The position numbers and the translations under genes were made by a program. Under the pieces are notes generated by a model. The model ran no database searches. It saw only the letters and a list, made by a program, of their open reading frames with translations, and was not told the DNA's origin. From NCBI GenBank assembly GCA_018713795.1, contig DVOE01000010.1:4014-68013 (forward strand): a DNA stretch of 64,000 nucleotides, written 5' to 3'. Positions 55,779 to 64,000 of this stretch are shown here, in pieces (position 1 is the first letter of the stretch; every line of letters begins with the position of its first letter). This DNA comes from Candidatus Limadaptatus stercoripullorum. Lineage in GTDB: Bacteria > Bacillota > Clostridia > Christensenellales > CAG-917.

Positions 55779-56616
55779 CGCATTTCCCGTTTTCCGCGGA
55801 TTGATAGATCACCCAGAATCCCCCTTCCTCCTGCCGCTCGCGCGACAGGGGCAGCCACACGCATACATCCGCGATCTCGCGGGGCGGGGGAGCGCCCGGG
55901 ACTCCCGGTATCCCGTAACAGATGAATATCGGAGTCGAAAGGTCGTAGAGCACGCCCACGACATAGTAGTCGCCCTCGTCCGCGTCCACGCGCACCCAAC
56001 GCGAGTTGGGCACTATGGCGTTCAGCCGCTCTTCGGCGGGGTAGCGCACGAACATCTCGTCCAGCTGCGGCTTGACGGCGAGATAAAAGTTGGTGCCGTC
56101 GTAGACCACGCCCTCTTCGAGCACGGAGGAGGCGCCCCGACCCCCGCTCCCGCCCTCAGTACGCACCCTCTCGGCGGCAGGCTCTTCTTTCCGCGCAGCC
56201 CGTTCCTCGGGCTCTTCCGCGACCGTCTCCCGCCCTTGCGGGGAAGGCACGGGATCCTTCCTTTCGGGCTGTTCGGTTTTGGGCGCGGCGTCCGCCGCGA
56301 GCGCGCGCACTCTTCCTTCTATCCGTCGTCTGTCCACCCGCTCTCCCGTGCCGCCCGTAAGGACGCCGCCGCTCGTGACGAGAGCGCAATCAATGTCGCC
56401 TTTTGCGCTAAGACGGACTTCAAACGCCGTTTTTGCGCCGTCAAGCACCACTTTCGCGACATTGTCCCCGAAGATATAGAGAATGTCGCCGCGCTTCGCG
56501 CCGCCCGCGCCGCATTCCCCTTTGACTTTGCCCGTGCCGTCGAACGCGCCGGACAATTTGACGAGCCCCGCGGCTCCTCCGCCGCCGAGCACTACGGTCA
56601 TCCGCTTGAAAGACAT
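55771..56616 (-). CDS. Hypothetical two-domain protein with a charged Pro/Glu/Arg-rich central linker
   Basis: 281-aa ORF. A Gly-rich N-terminal domain (MSFKRMTVVLGGGGAAGLVKLSG...), an acidic/basic linker, and a C-terminal domain (VVYDGTNFYLAVKPQLDEMFVRYP...YYVVGVLYD). The stop overlaps the 3' end of rsmA by 8 nt (convergent). No family recognised. Confidence 0.45.
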   Translation of the reverse strand: MSFKRMTVVLGGGGAAGLVKLSGAFDGTGKVKGECGAGGAKRGDILYIFGDNVAKVVLDGAKTAFEVRLSAKGDIDCALVTSGGVLTGGTGERVDRRRIEGRVRALAADAAPKTEQPERKDPVPSPQGRETVAEEPEERAARKEEPAAERVRTEGGSGGRGASSVLEEGVVYDGTNFYLAVKPQLDEMFVRYPAEERLNAIVPNSRWVRVDADEGDYYVVGVLYDLSTPIFICYGIPGVPGAPPPREIADVCVWLPLSRERQEEGGFWVIYQSAENGKCVR

Positions 56617-56718
56617 ATCTACCTCTCGGTCATACTATGCGCGCGGCGCGCGTGTTAGAACATTCCGAGGCGCTGCACTTTATCTCATTAAATCGCTAAA
56701 GAATTTTATGCCAAACGC

Positions 56719-56748
56719 TTTACACGCGGGGGCGGGGCAATGTAGAAT
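56719..56748 (+). promoter_or_regulatory. Candidate SigA-type promoter of the yerC-his operon
   Basis: TTTACA (56719-56724), 18-nt spacer, TAGAAT (56743-56748) preceded by TG. About 37 nt upstream of ATG 56785. Confidence 0.4.
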
Positions 56749-56784
56749 ATCCGCAGGCGGCAAGCCGCATAATCCGGAGGGAAC

Positions 56785-57060
56785 ATGCTGAAATTGTTTG
56801 AAGTGCTGGCGAGGATAGACGACGAGGAGGAGTGCCGCGCGCTCTTCGAGGATCTCTGCACCTACGCCGAGATAGAAAAGATGGAGCAGCGCATCGCCTG
56901 CGCGCAGATGCTGCTCGACGGCGAGACTTACAACAGCATCATCGAGAAGACGGACATCTCCTCGGCGACGCTCAGCCGGGTCTCGCGTTGCATACGCCAC
57001 GGCAGCGGCGGTTACAGCCGCGTGCTCGCCGGGCTGCGCGAGGAGGATGACAAATGCTGA
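56785..57060 (+). CDS. yerC: TrpR-related YerC/YecD-family DNA-binding protein (candidate histidine regulator HisR)
   Basis: 91 aa. CRALFEDLCTYAEIEKMEQRIACAQMLLDGETYNSIIEKTDISSATLSRVSRCIRHGSGGY matches the YerC/YecD TrpR-like pattern. Overlaps the hisZ start by 7 nt. Confidence 0.72.
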   Translation: MLKLFEVLARIDDEEECRALFEDLCTYAEIEKMEQRIACAQMLLDGETYNSIIEKTDISSATLSRVSRCIRHGSGGYSRVLAGLREEDDKC

Positions 57061-57992
57061 TCGACACCGCGCGGCTCCCCAAGGACGAGAGGACTTACCT
57101 CGAGCTTAGAGAGATCTACGAAGCGGCTGGCTACGCCCTCTACCGTATGCGCCGGTTCGAGGAGTACTCCCTCTATCTCGACAACCGCAATTTTCTGGGC
57201 AGCGGGCAGGTCCTGACTTTTCAGGGCTACGGCGGCAAGCTTATGGCGCTCAAGCCCGATGTCACGCTGAGCATAGCAAAGAACGCTCGTTTCGACGACG
57301 ACAAGCCCGTCAAAGTTTACTACCGCGAGAGCGTCTACCGCACCGCGGGTGAGAGCGGCGATTTCCGCGAGATAAATCAGATGGGACTGGAGTATATGGG
57401 CAGAGGCGACGGCGAGACGGTGGAGATATGCGATCTCGCCATGCGGTCGCTGGCGGCGATAGATCCCGCGTTCGTGTTCGCGGTGTCGCACATGGGCGCG
57501 CTGTCCGCACTCATAGAGAGCGCGGGCGTGACGGCGCCTTCGCGCGTCAAGGCGGTCATGGACTGCCTGCGTTCGAGGAACACCCACGACCTCGCCGCGG
57601 CGGGCGGGATGAGCGCGGAAGCGGCGGGCAGGCTCGCGGAACTCATATCCGGCAGCACGCGGTTCCCCGAAGCGCTCGCAAGGCTCGGGGCGCTCGCGGT
57701 GACGCCGGCTGCCGAAGCTGCGCGGGCGGAGCTCGAGGCGATCTACAAAAACGCCGCGCGCACGCCGTATGCGGACAACATCCGCCTTGATCTCAGCGTG
57801 GTCAACGATATCGATTACTACAACGGAGTGGTGTTCCAGGGGTTTGTGGAGCGCGTGCCGCGCGCCATACTCTCGGGCGGACGCTACGACGGGCTGCTCG
57901 CCAAGCGCGGCGAGGGGTACACGGCGATGGGTTTCGCGCTGTCGCTCGGAGAACTCAACGCCTGCTATCCCTGTCAAGGAGGCGAAGAATGA
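57054..57992 (+). CDS. hisZ: ATP phosphoribosyltransferase regulatory subunit HisZ
   Basis: HisRS-like catalytic-core paralogue (LRPDVT-like LKPDVTLSIAK, YYNGVVFQGF) that immediately precedes and overlaps a short-form hisG. Confidence 0.85.
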   Translation: MLIDTARLPKDERTYLELREIYEAAGYALYRMRRFEEYSLYLDNRNFLGSGQVLTFQGYGGKLMALKPDVTLSIAKNARFDDDKPVKVYYRESVYRTAGESGDFREINQMGLEYMGRGDGETVEICDLAMRSLAAIDPAFVFAVSHMGALSALIESAGVTAPSRVKAVMDCLRSRNTHDLAAAGGMSAEAAGRLAELISGSTRFPEALARLGALAVTPAAEAARAELEAIYKNAARTPYADNIRLDLSVVNDIDYYNGVVFQGFVERVPRAILSGGRYDGLLAKRGEGYTAMGFALSLGELNACYPCQGGEE

Positions 57993-58612
57993 CTGTCAGC
58001 ATAGCCCTCCCCAAGGGGAGACTGGGGAACAAGGTGTATAAATTGCTCGAAAGCTGCGGAGTCGCCGCCGAGGAGAGCCTCGGGGACAGCCGCAAGCTGG
58101 TGTTCGAGTCGCCGGGCGGCGGGGTGAGATATTTCCTCGTCAAACCGTCGGATGTCGCCATCTATGTCGAAAACGGGGCGGCGGATCTCGGCGTGGTCGG
58201 CAAGGATATCCTCGAAGAGACCCGTCCCGATGTCTACGAGCTTCTCGACCTCGGCATAGGCAGGTGCAGGATGTGCGTCGCGGCGAAGGAGGATTACCGC
58301 GAGGATAAGTCCCGTCCCGTGGTCGTCGCCACCAAATTCCCCCGCGTCGCCAGGGAATATTACGCTTCGACGGGCAGGGATATCGAGATAATCAAGCTCA
58401 GCGGCTCCATCGAGCTCGCGCCGCTGCTCGGCATGTCGGATGTCATCGTGGATATAGTCGAGACGGGCACGACGCTCAAAGAGAACAAGCTCGAAGTCAA
58501 AGAGGAGATATTCCCGATAAGCGCGCGGCTCATCGCGGGCAAGGCGGCTTACAAGTTCAAGGAGTCGGAGATAACCGGCATCGCACAAAAACTCCGCGAG
58601 GTGACAAGATGA
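57989..58612 (+). CDS. hisG: ATP phosphoribosyltransferase, short form
   Basis: MTVSIALPKGRL entry, DVAIYVENGAADLGVVGKD, DIVETGTTLKEN motifs. 207 aa. ATGA overlap on both sides. Confidence 0.92.
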   Translation: MTVSIALPKGRLGNKVYKLLESCGVAAEESLGDSRKLVFESPGGGVRYFLVKPSDVAIYVENGAADLGVVGKDILEETRPDVYELLDLGIGRCRMCVAAKEDYREDKSRPVVVATKFPRVAREYYASTGRDIEIIKLSGSIELAPLLGMSDVIVDIVETGTTLKENKLEVKEEIFPISARLIAGKAAYKFKESEITGIAQKLREVTR

Positions 58613-59877
58613 TACAGATCGTGAGAGGCGCGCTCCCCGAGGATATCCTCGACAGGCAGGAGCAGGATCTCGGAAAATACGAGAGCGTGGTCGCGGACAT
58701 AATCGCGCGGGTGCGCCGCGAGGGCGACGAGGCGCTTCGCTACTACGCGCGCAAGTTCGACGGCGTGGAGCTCGATTCTCTCGAAGTCCCTCGGGAGGAG
58801 CTTCTCCGCGCGGAAGAGGAGGTGGGAGAGGAGTATCTCGCCATGCTCCTGAGAGCCGCCGCGAATATCCGCGAGTTCCACGAAAAGCAGCTCGAGAAGG
58901 GTTTTTGCATCAAGAGACCCGACGGCACCGTCCTCGGTCAGCGCGTAAGCCCCGTCGCGCGGGCGGGCATATATGTCCCCGGCGGCACGGCGAGCTATCC
59001 CAGCACCGTGCTCATGAACGCCATCCCCGCCTCTGTCGCGGGTGTGCCCGAGATAATCATGGTCACTCCGCCTTCGCGTGAGGGAGGGATACGCCGCGAG
59101 GTGCTCGCGGCGGCGTCCGTCGCGGGCGTGACGAGGGTGTTCGCCATAGGCGGCGCGGGCGCGATAGCCGCCCTTGCCTACGGCACCGAGAGCGTACCGC
59201 GCGTGGACAAGATCACGGGCCCCGGCAATATCTATGTCGCCACCGCAAAACGCATGGTGTACGGCGCGGTGGGCATAGACATGGTGGCGGGTCCGAGCGA
59301 GATACTCATCATCGCCGACAAGACCGCAGATCCCGCGCTCGTCGCCGCGGATATGCTCTCGCAGGCGGAACACGACGCCCTCGCGACCGCCGTGCTCGTC
59401 ACCGACGATCTCGGTCTCGCCGAGCGGGTGGCGGAAGAGATAGACGAGCAGCTCAAAGTCCTCCCCCGCAGGGAGATCGCCGAAAAGTCCATCATGAACC
59501 GCGGCAAGATCATCGTGACGGACAGCATAGAAAAAGCGGTGGAGGTGTCCGACGCCATCGCGCCCGAGCACCTCGAACTCTGCGTCGCGGAACCTCGAAA
59601 TCTCTTTGACAAGGTGACCTCGGCGGGCTCCGTTTTTCTCGGGCACAACACCCCCGAGGCGGCGGGAGATTACTACGCCGGCGCAAATCACACCCTTCCG
59701 ACGGGCGGCAGCGCGCGCTTTTCCTCGCCGCTCTCCGCCTGCGATTTCCTCAAACGCACGCAATACATCGAGTACAGCGCGGAAGGCATCCTCGGCGCAA
59801 TAGATGATATAGTCACTTTTGCCGAGAGCGAGGGGCTCTCGGGGCACGCCCGTTCGGCGGCAAGGAGGCGGAGATGA
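58609..59877 (+). CDS. hisD: Histidinol dehydrogenase
   Basis: GIYVPGGTASYPSTVLMNAIPA, AGPSEILIIAD, QAEHD and EHLEL motifs. Confidence 0.95.
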   Translation: MIQIVRGALPEDILDRQEQDLGKYESVVADIIARVRREGDEALRYYARKFDGVELDSLEVPREELLRAEEEVGEEYLAMLLRAAANIREFHEKQLEKGFCIKRPDGTVLGQRVSPVARAGIYVPGGTASYPSTVLMNAIPASVAGVPEIIMVTPPSREGGIRREVLAAASVAGVTRVFAIGGAGAIAALAYGTESVPRVDKITGPGNIYVATAKRMVYGAVGIDMVAGPSEILIIADKTADPALVAADMLSQAEHDALATAVLVTDDLGLAERVAEEIDEQLKVLPRREIAEKSIMNRGKIIVTDSIEKAVEVSDAIAPEHLELCVAEPRNLFDKVTSAGSVFLGHNTPEAAGDYYAGANHTLPTGGSARFSSPLSACDFLKRTQYIEYSAEGILGAIDDIVTFAESEGLSGHARSAARRRR

Positions 59878-60965
59878 GCAGGTTCCTCGCCTCGCGTTAC
59901 TCGGGTCTCGAGGCTTACACCCCCGGTGAGCAGCCCCGCGACAGGCGGTATGTCAAGCTCAACACCAACGAGTCGCCCTTCCCCCCGTCCCCTGCGGTGA
60001 TCGCCGCCGCGGACGCGGAAAAGGGGGCGCTCAACCTCTATCCCGATCCCACCTGCCTGCGCCTGAAAGAGGCGGCGGCTAAGACCTACGGCGAACTCTC
60101 GCGCGCCCTCGGCGGCGGAGAGATAACGCCCGACATGGTCACGGTCGGGAACGGCTCGGACGAGCTTCTCGCCTTTGCCGTCCTCGCCTTTTTCACGGAG
60201 AGGGGCGCGGCGTTCCCCGCCGTCGGCTACGGGTTCTATCCGGTGTTCTGCTCCCTCTTCGGAGCGGCGTACGACGAGCTCCCGATGAAAGGGGAGTTCG
60301 AGGTGGATCTTCCCGCTCTCGCGGACTCGCCGAGAAACATCCTGCTTGCCAATCCGAATGCGCAAACCGGAGTTTATCTGCCGCTTTCGGATATAAGAAA
60401 GCTGCTTTCAGCGAATAAAGACAGGCTCGTGCTCATCGACGAGGCGTACTGCGACTTCGGCGGAGAGAGCGCCGTTTCGCTGCTTGGGGAGTTCGACAAT
60501 CTGCTCGTCGTGACCACGCTTTCGAAGTCGAGGCAACTTGCGGGCGGAAGGATAGGACTCGCCTTTTCGGGGCGGGAGATCGTCCTAGACCTCGAGAAGA
60601 TCAGGTACAGTTTCAACCCTTACGCTCTGGACAGAGCGGCGATAGCGGCGGGCGCCGCGGCACTCCTCGACGGAGAGTATTTCGACATGACCCGCACCGC
60701 CGTCATAGGGCAGCGCGAGCGGATGAAAGAGGAGCTTCTGGCGCTCGGGTTCACGGTGTCGCCCTCGTCTGCGAATTTCGTGCTCGCGCGTCATCCCGCC
60801 TTGTCCGGCGAGAAGATCTATGAGGGACTGAAGGCGAGGGGAGTGCTCGTTCGCTATCTCGGCGGCAGGCTGTCAGGTTATGTCAGGATAACCGTCGGCA
60901 GCCGTGAGGATACGGACGCTCTGCTGGCTGCCGCAAGAGATGTGTGCAAGGAGGCAAAGATATGA
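59874..60965 (+). CDS. hisC: Histidinol-phosphate aminotransferase
   Basis: KLNTNESPFPPSP entry, IDEAYCDF, and a TLSKSRQLAGGRIG PLP-lysine motif. Position in the his operon fits. Confidence 0.9.
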   Translation: MSRFLASRYSGLEAYTPGEQPRDRRYVKLNTNESPFPPSPAVIAAADAEKGALNLYPDPTCLRLKEAAAKTYGELSRALGGGEITPDMVTVGNGSDELLAFAVLAFFTERGAAFPAVGYGFYPVFCSLFGAAYDELPMKGEFEVDLPALADSPRNILLANPNAQTGVYLPLSDIRKLLSANKDRLVLIDEAYCDFGGESAVSLLGEFDNLLVVTTLSKSRQLAGGRIGLAFSGREIVLDLEKIRYSFNPYALDRAAIAAGAAALLDGEYFDMTRTAVIGQRERMKEELLALGFTVSPSSANFVLARHPALSGEKIYEGLKARGVLVRYLGGRLSGYVRITVGSREDTDALLAAARDVCKEAKI

Positions 60966-61555
60966 GAAAAGCGCAAATTTCGAGAAAGACCACCGAGACG
61001 GACATCCGCCTCGAACTGTCGCTTGACGGCACGGGCAGCTACCGTGTGAAGTCGGGGAGCGGCTTTTTCGATCATATGCTCGAGCAGCTCGCGCGGCACG
61101 CGAGATTTGATCTCACGCTGGATTGCGAGGGCGATATCGAGGTGGATATGCACCACTCGGTGGAGGACACGGGCATCTGCCTCGGCGAGGCGGTGGCTAA
61201 GGCGCTCGGCGACAAGAAGGGCATCCGCCGCTACGGGCACATCGTGCTTCCCATGGACGAGGCTCTCATCCTCTGCGCCATAGACCTCAGCGGCAGGAGC
61301 CACCTCTCCTTTTCGGTGGACTTCCCGGACGAGTACAAGGTGGGCGATCTGGACACCGAGCTCGTGCGCGAATTTTTCGAGGCGTTCTGCCGTTCGGCGG
61401 CGGCGACCGTGCACATAGTCAAGCTCGCGGGCAGCAACATACATCACATCGTCGAAGGGGTGTTCAAGGCGTTCGCGCGGGCGCTCGGCGAAGCGTGTTC
61501 GCTCGATCCCGCGGCGGCGGGCAGTCTGCCCAGCACGAAGGGGACTCTCGTATGA
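60962..61555 (+). CDS. hisB: Imidazoleglycerol-phosphate dehydratase
   Basis: RKTTETDIRLELSLDG, GFFDHML, HHSVEDTGI and NIHHIVEGVFKAFARAL motifs. Confidence 0.95.
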   Translation: MRKAQISRKTTETDIRLELSLDGTGSYRVKSGSGFFDHMLEQLARHARFDLTLDCEGDIEVDMHHSVEDTGICLGEAVAKALGDKKGIRRYGHIVLPMDEALILCAIDLSGRSHLSFSVDFPDEYKVGDLDTELVREFFEAFCRSAAATVHIVKLAGSNIHHIVEGVFKAFARALGEACSLDPAAAGSLPSTKGTLV

Positions 61556-62178
61556 TAGCGGTGGTCGACTACGGCGTCGGCAATCTGTTTTCGCTGACCT
61601 CGTCGCTTAAAGCGGTGGGAGCTCCTGCCCGCGTGACCGCGGACGCGGGAGAGATCTCGCGCGCGGCGGGGATCATCCTCCCGGGGGTCGGCGCGTTCGG
61701 AGACGCGAGGGCAAAACTCGACGCCACGGGGCTGGTCCCCGTGCTCAAAGAGCGTGCGGCGGCGGGCGTGCCTCTCCTCGGGATATGCCTCGGGATGCAG
61801 TTGCTCTTCGAGCGCAGCAGCGAGTACGGAGTCCACGAGGGGCTCGGGCTGCTCGCGGGCGAAGTTGTGCCGTTCAGGCTGCCCGAAGGCTACAAGATCC
61901 CGCACATGGGCTGGAACAGCCTCAGATTCCTCCGCCCCTGCCCTCTGCTCAAATACGCGGCGGAAGGGGACTATGTCTATTATGTCCATTCCTACCACGC
62001 CGCCGGCTGCGAGGACAGTCTGGTCGCGGTGAGCGACTACGGCGTGACCGTGCCGGGGCTTGTCGCGCGCGGGAACATATTCGGGGCGCAGTTCCACCCC
62101 GAAAAGAGCGGTTCGGTGGGGCTCGGGATGCTGCGTGCGTTCGCGGAGCTCTGCGCGGGCGGGGAGGCGGGAGCATGA
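61552..62178 (+). CDS. hisH: Imidazole glycerol phosphate synthase, glutamine amidotransferase subunit
   Basis: MIAVVDYGVGNLFS entry, GICLGMQLL catalytic Cys, YYVHSY, and GAQFHPEKSG. Confidence 0.95.
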   Translation: MIAVVDYGVGNLFSLTSSLKAVGAPARVTADAGEISRAAGIILPGVGAFGDARAKLDATGLVPVLKERAAAGVPLLGICLGMQLLFERSSEYGVHEGLGLLAGEVVPFRLPEGYKIPHMGWNSLRFLRPCPLLKYAAEGDYVYYVHSYHAAGCEDSLVAVSDYGVTVPGLVARGNIFGAQFHPEKSGSVGLGMLRAFAELCAGGEAGA

Positions 62179-62906
62179 AGATATTCCCCGCCGTGGACAT
62201 AAGAGAGGGCAGAGCGGTCAGACTGCGCGAAGGCGACTATTCGCGCATGACCGTTTACGGCGATCCCGTTTTAGCCGCGCGCTCCTTCCTCGCGGACGGA
62301 GCGGGAGCCGTGCATGTCGTCGATCTCGACGGCGCTCTTACGGGGAGACCCGAGAACGCCCCCGTCGTTGCCGAGATAGCGGCGCTCGGCATGGAGACGG
62401 AGATAGGCGGCGGCATACGCAGCCGCGACTCGATAGAGATGTACCTCGCAGCGGGCGCTTCCCGCGTCATACTCGGCACCGTGGCGGCGGAAGATCCCGC
62501 GTTCGCCGAGGAATGCATAAGGGCGTACGGGGACAGAATAGCCGTCGGCGTGGACGCCAGAGACGGCAAAGTCGCCGTGCGCGGCTGGAAGACGCTGACC
62601 GACCTCGACGCCTATGACTTTTGTATGCGGCTCGGGGACGCGGGCGTGGGCGCGATCGTCTACACCGACATCTCCCGCGACGGTATGCTCTCGGGCATGA
62701 ACATCCCTGCCTACCGCAGGCTCGCGAAGACCCACGGGCTCAGGATCGTCGCGTCCGGCGGGCTGACTAAAAGAGAGGAGATCGCGCAGCTCGCGGAAGC
62801 GGGCGTCTACGGCGCCATTCTCGGCAAAGCCATGTACGAAGGCGTGTTGCCGCTGAAAGACGCGCTCGCCGCGGCAAAGGAGGCCTCATGCTCGCAAAAC
62901 GCATAA
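62175..62906 (+). CDS. hisA: 1-(5-phosphoribosyl)-5-[(5-phosphoribosylamino)methylideneamino]imidazole-4-carboxamide isomerase
   Basis: MKIFPAVDIREGRAVRL entry, HVVDLDGA, and IVYTDISRDGMLSG. ATGA overlap with hisH and a 19-nt overlap with hisF. Confidence 0.9.
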   Translation: MKIFPAVDIREGRAVRLREGDYSRMTVYGDPVLAARSFLADGAGAVHVVDLDGALTGRPENAPVVAEIAALGMETEIGGGIRSRDSIEMYLAAGASRVILGTVAAEDPAFAEECIRAYGDRIAVGVDARDGKVAVRGWKTLTDLDAYDFCMRLGDAGVGAIVYTDISRDGMLSGMNIPAYRRLAKTHGLRIVASGGLTKREEIAQLAEAGVYGAILGKAMYEGVLPLKDALAAAKEASCSQNA

Positions 62907-63646
62907 TCCCCTGCCTGGATGTCAGGGACGGCAGAGTGGTCAAAGGCGTGAACTTCGAAGGGCTCAGGGATGTGTCCTCGCCCGTCGATCTTGCCCGCTA
63001 CTACAACGATTCCGGCGCGGATGAGCTGGTGTTTTACGACATAGCCGCTTCCGCCGCCGGGCGCAAGCTGTTCGCAGACAGCCTCACCGAAGTGGCGTCG
63101 CAGGTGTTCATTCCGCTGACCGTCGGAGGAGGCATAAACACACTCGAGGACTTCGATCGCGTGCTCAAATGCGGCGCGGACAAAGTCAGCGTCAATTCGG
63201 GCGCCATCGCCGATCCCGGACTGGTCGGGCGAGCGGCGAAAAAGTACGGCGACCAATGTGTCGTGCTCTCCATCGACGCCAAACGCGAAGGCGGCGTCTA
63301 CCGCGTCTATTCCAAAGGCGGCAGGGTGCCCACCGACCTCGACGCCGTAGAGTGGGCGCGCCGCGGTCAGGAGGAGGGCGCGGGCGAGATAGTGCTCAAC
63401 AGCATAGACACCGACGGCGTGAAGGACGGCTTCGATCTCGAGATGCTGTCCGATGTCTGCGCCGCCGTCTCCGTCCCCGTCATCGCCTCGGGCGGAGCGG
63501 GCTGCGCGGAAGATTTCGTGAAACTTTTTGCCTCCGTGCCCGGCGTGGACGCGGGGCTCGCCGCCAGCATTTTCCACTTCCGCGAGGTGGACATAAAAGA
63601 CCTCAAACTCCGCCTGAAAGAGGCGGGCATCCCCGTCAGACTGTGA
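62888..63646 (+). CDS. hisF: Imidazole glycerol phosphate synthase, cyclase subunit
   Basis: MLAKRIIPCLDVRDGRVVKG entry, PLTVGGGI, EIVLNSIDTDG, and ASGGAG. Confidence 0.95.
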   Translation: MLAKRIIPCLDVRDGRVVKGVNFEGLRDVSSPVDLARYYNDSGADELVFYDIAASAAGRKLFADSLTEVASQVFIPLTVGGGINTLEDFDRVLKCGADKVSVNSGAIADPGLVGRAAKKYGDQCVVLSIDAKREGGVYRVYSKGGRVPTDLDAVEWARRGQEEGAGEIVLNSIDTDGVKDGFDLEMLSDVCAAVSVPVIASGGAGCAEDFVKLFASVPGVDAGLAASIFHFREVDIKDLKLRLKEAGIPVRL

Positions 63647-63697
63647 CGGAGAAACGACAAAACAAAGCGTTCAAGACTTAATAACGGAGAATAAACC

Positions 63698-64000
63698 ATG
63701 ATTTCTGTAGACGACCTCAAATTCGACGCAAACGGGCTCATCCCCGCCGTGGTGGTGGATCACTACTCCAAGAAGGTGCTCACCCTCGCCTACATGAACC
63801 GCGAGAGCCTCGCCGTCAGTATGCAAAAGGGGCTCACCTGTTTTTACAGCCGCTCCCGCCGCGAGCTCTGGCTCAAGGGCGAGACCAGCGGCAACTATCA
63901 GCACATAGTTTCCGTCACCGCCGACTGCGACCGCGACGCTCTCGTCGTCGAAGTCGTCAAAGACGGTCCCGCCTGCCATCTCGGCACCGACAGCTGCTTC
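63698..64000 (+). CDS. hisI: Phosphoribosyl-AMP cyclohydrolase (HisI, or the N-terminal part of bifunctional HisIE); 3' end outside the window
   Basis: My own translation from ATG 63698: MISVDDLKFDANGLIPAVVVDHYSKKVLTLAYMNRESL...SRSRRELWLKGETSGNYQHI...DCDRDALVVEVVKDGPACHLGTDSCF. These are canonical HisI motifs. The frame is still open at the window edge, which is why it is absent from the ORF track. Confidence 0.9.
   Translation, partial: MISVDDLKFDANGLIPAVVVDHYSKKVLTLAYMNRESLAVSMQKGLTCFYSRSRRELWLKGETSGNYQHIVSVTADCDRDALVVEVVKDGPACHLGTDSCF

Overview
The window is a visibly GC-rich bacterial chromosome segment with strong G/C bias at third codon positions. AGGAGG-type ribosome binding sites, SigA-like -35/-10 promoters, lipobox signal peptides and spmA/spmB point to a high-GC spore-forming Firmicute (Clostridia-like); this taxon call is inference only.

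Left part (1-12.7 kb):
- The 3' part of an FtsH-family AAA/M41 protease and a YbjN-like gene.
- A complete pstS-pstC-pstA-pstB-phoU operon. Its PstS looks circularly permuted and its PstB carries an acidic N-terminal extension.
- A DUF45/M48-like peptidase.
- An accessory cassette: two paralogous HxxxDG (condensation-domain-like) acyltransferases flank an HGGGF/GDSAGG esterase, and membrane proteins bracket the whole set.

12.7-21.5 kb:
- apgM.
- An amino-sugar/glycan cluster: a DUF1680/GH127-like protein, a bPH membrane protein, a DUF1624 transmembrane acetyltransferase, a GH20 hexosaminidase, an unknown protein and a PIG-L deacetylase.

Centre (21897-45725, 37 percent of the window):
- One uninterrupted 23,829-nt ORF encodes a 7,942-aa, strongly acidic protein with an N-terminal lipoprotein signal.
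- It has its own promoter and is insulated by terminators on both sides.
- It consists of about 15 very divergent mega-repeats, followed by a roughly 1,800-aa array of beta-sandwich-like modules.
- I cannot assign it to any family. It is the main candidate for something undescribed.

Right part (45.8-64 kb):
- An AEC transporter, an SPFH/triple-zinc-ribbon protein with a zinc-ribbon membrane partner, a DUF1858 protein and an XRE-cupin regulator.
- spmB-spmA, and metG-tatD-radical SAM-rsmA.
- A tightly overlapping yerC(hisR-like)-hisZGDCBHAF-hisI operon that runs off the window.

I recognised no rRNA, tRNA, CRISPR array, transposase or integrase. Many long ORFs in the supplied track are codon-aligned antisense artefacts of the codon bias. 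All homology calls come from motif recognition by eye; no database search was possible.
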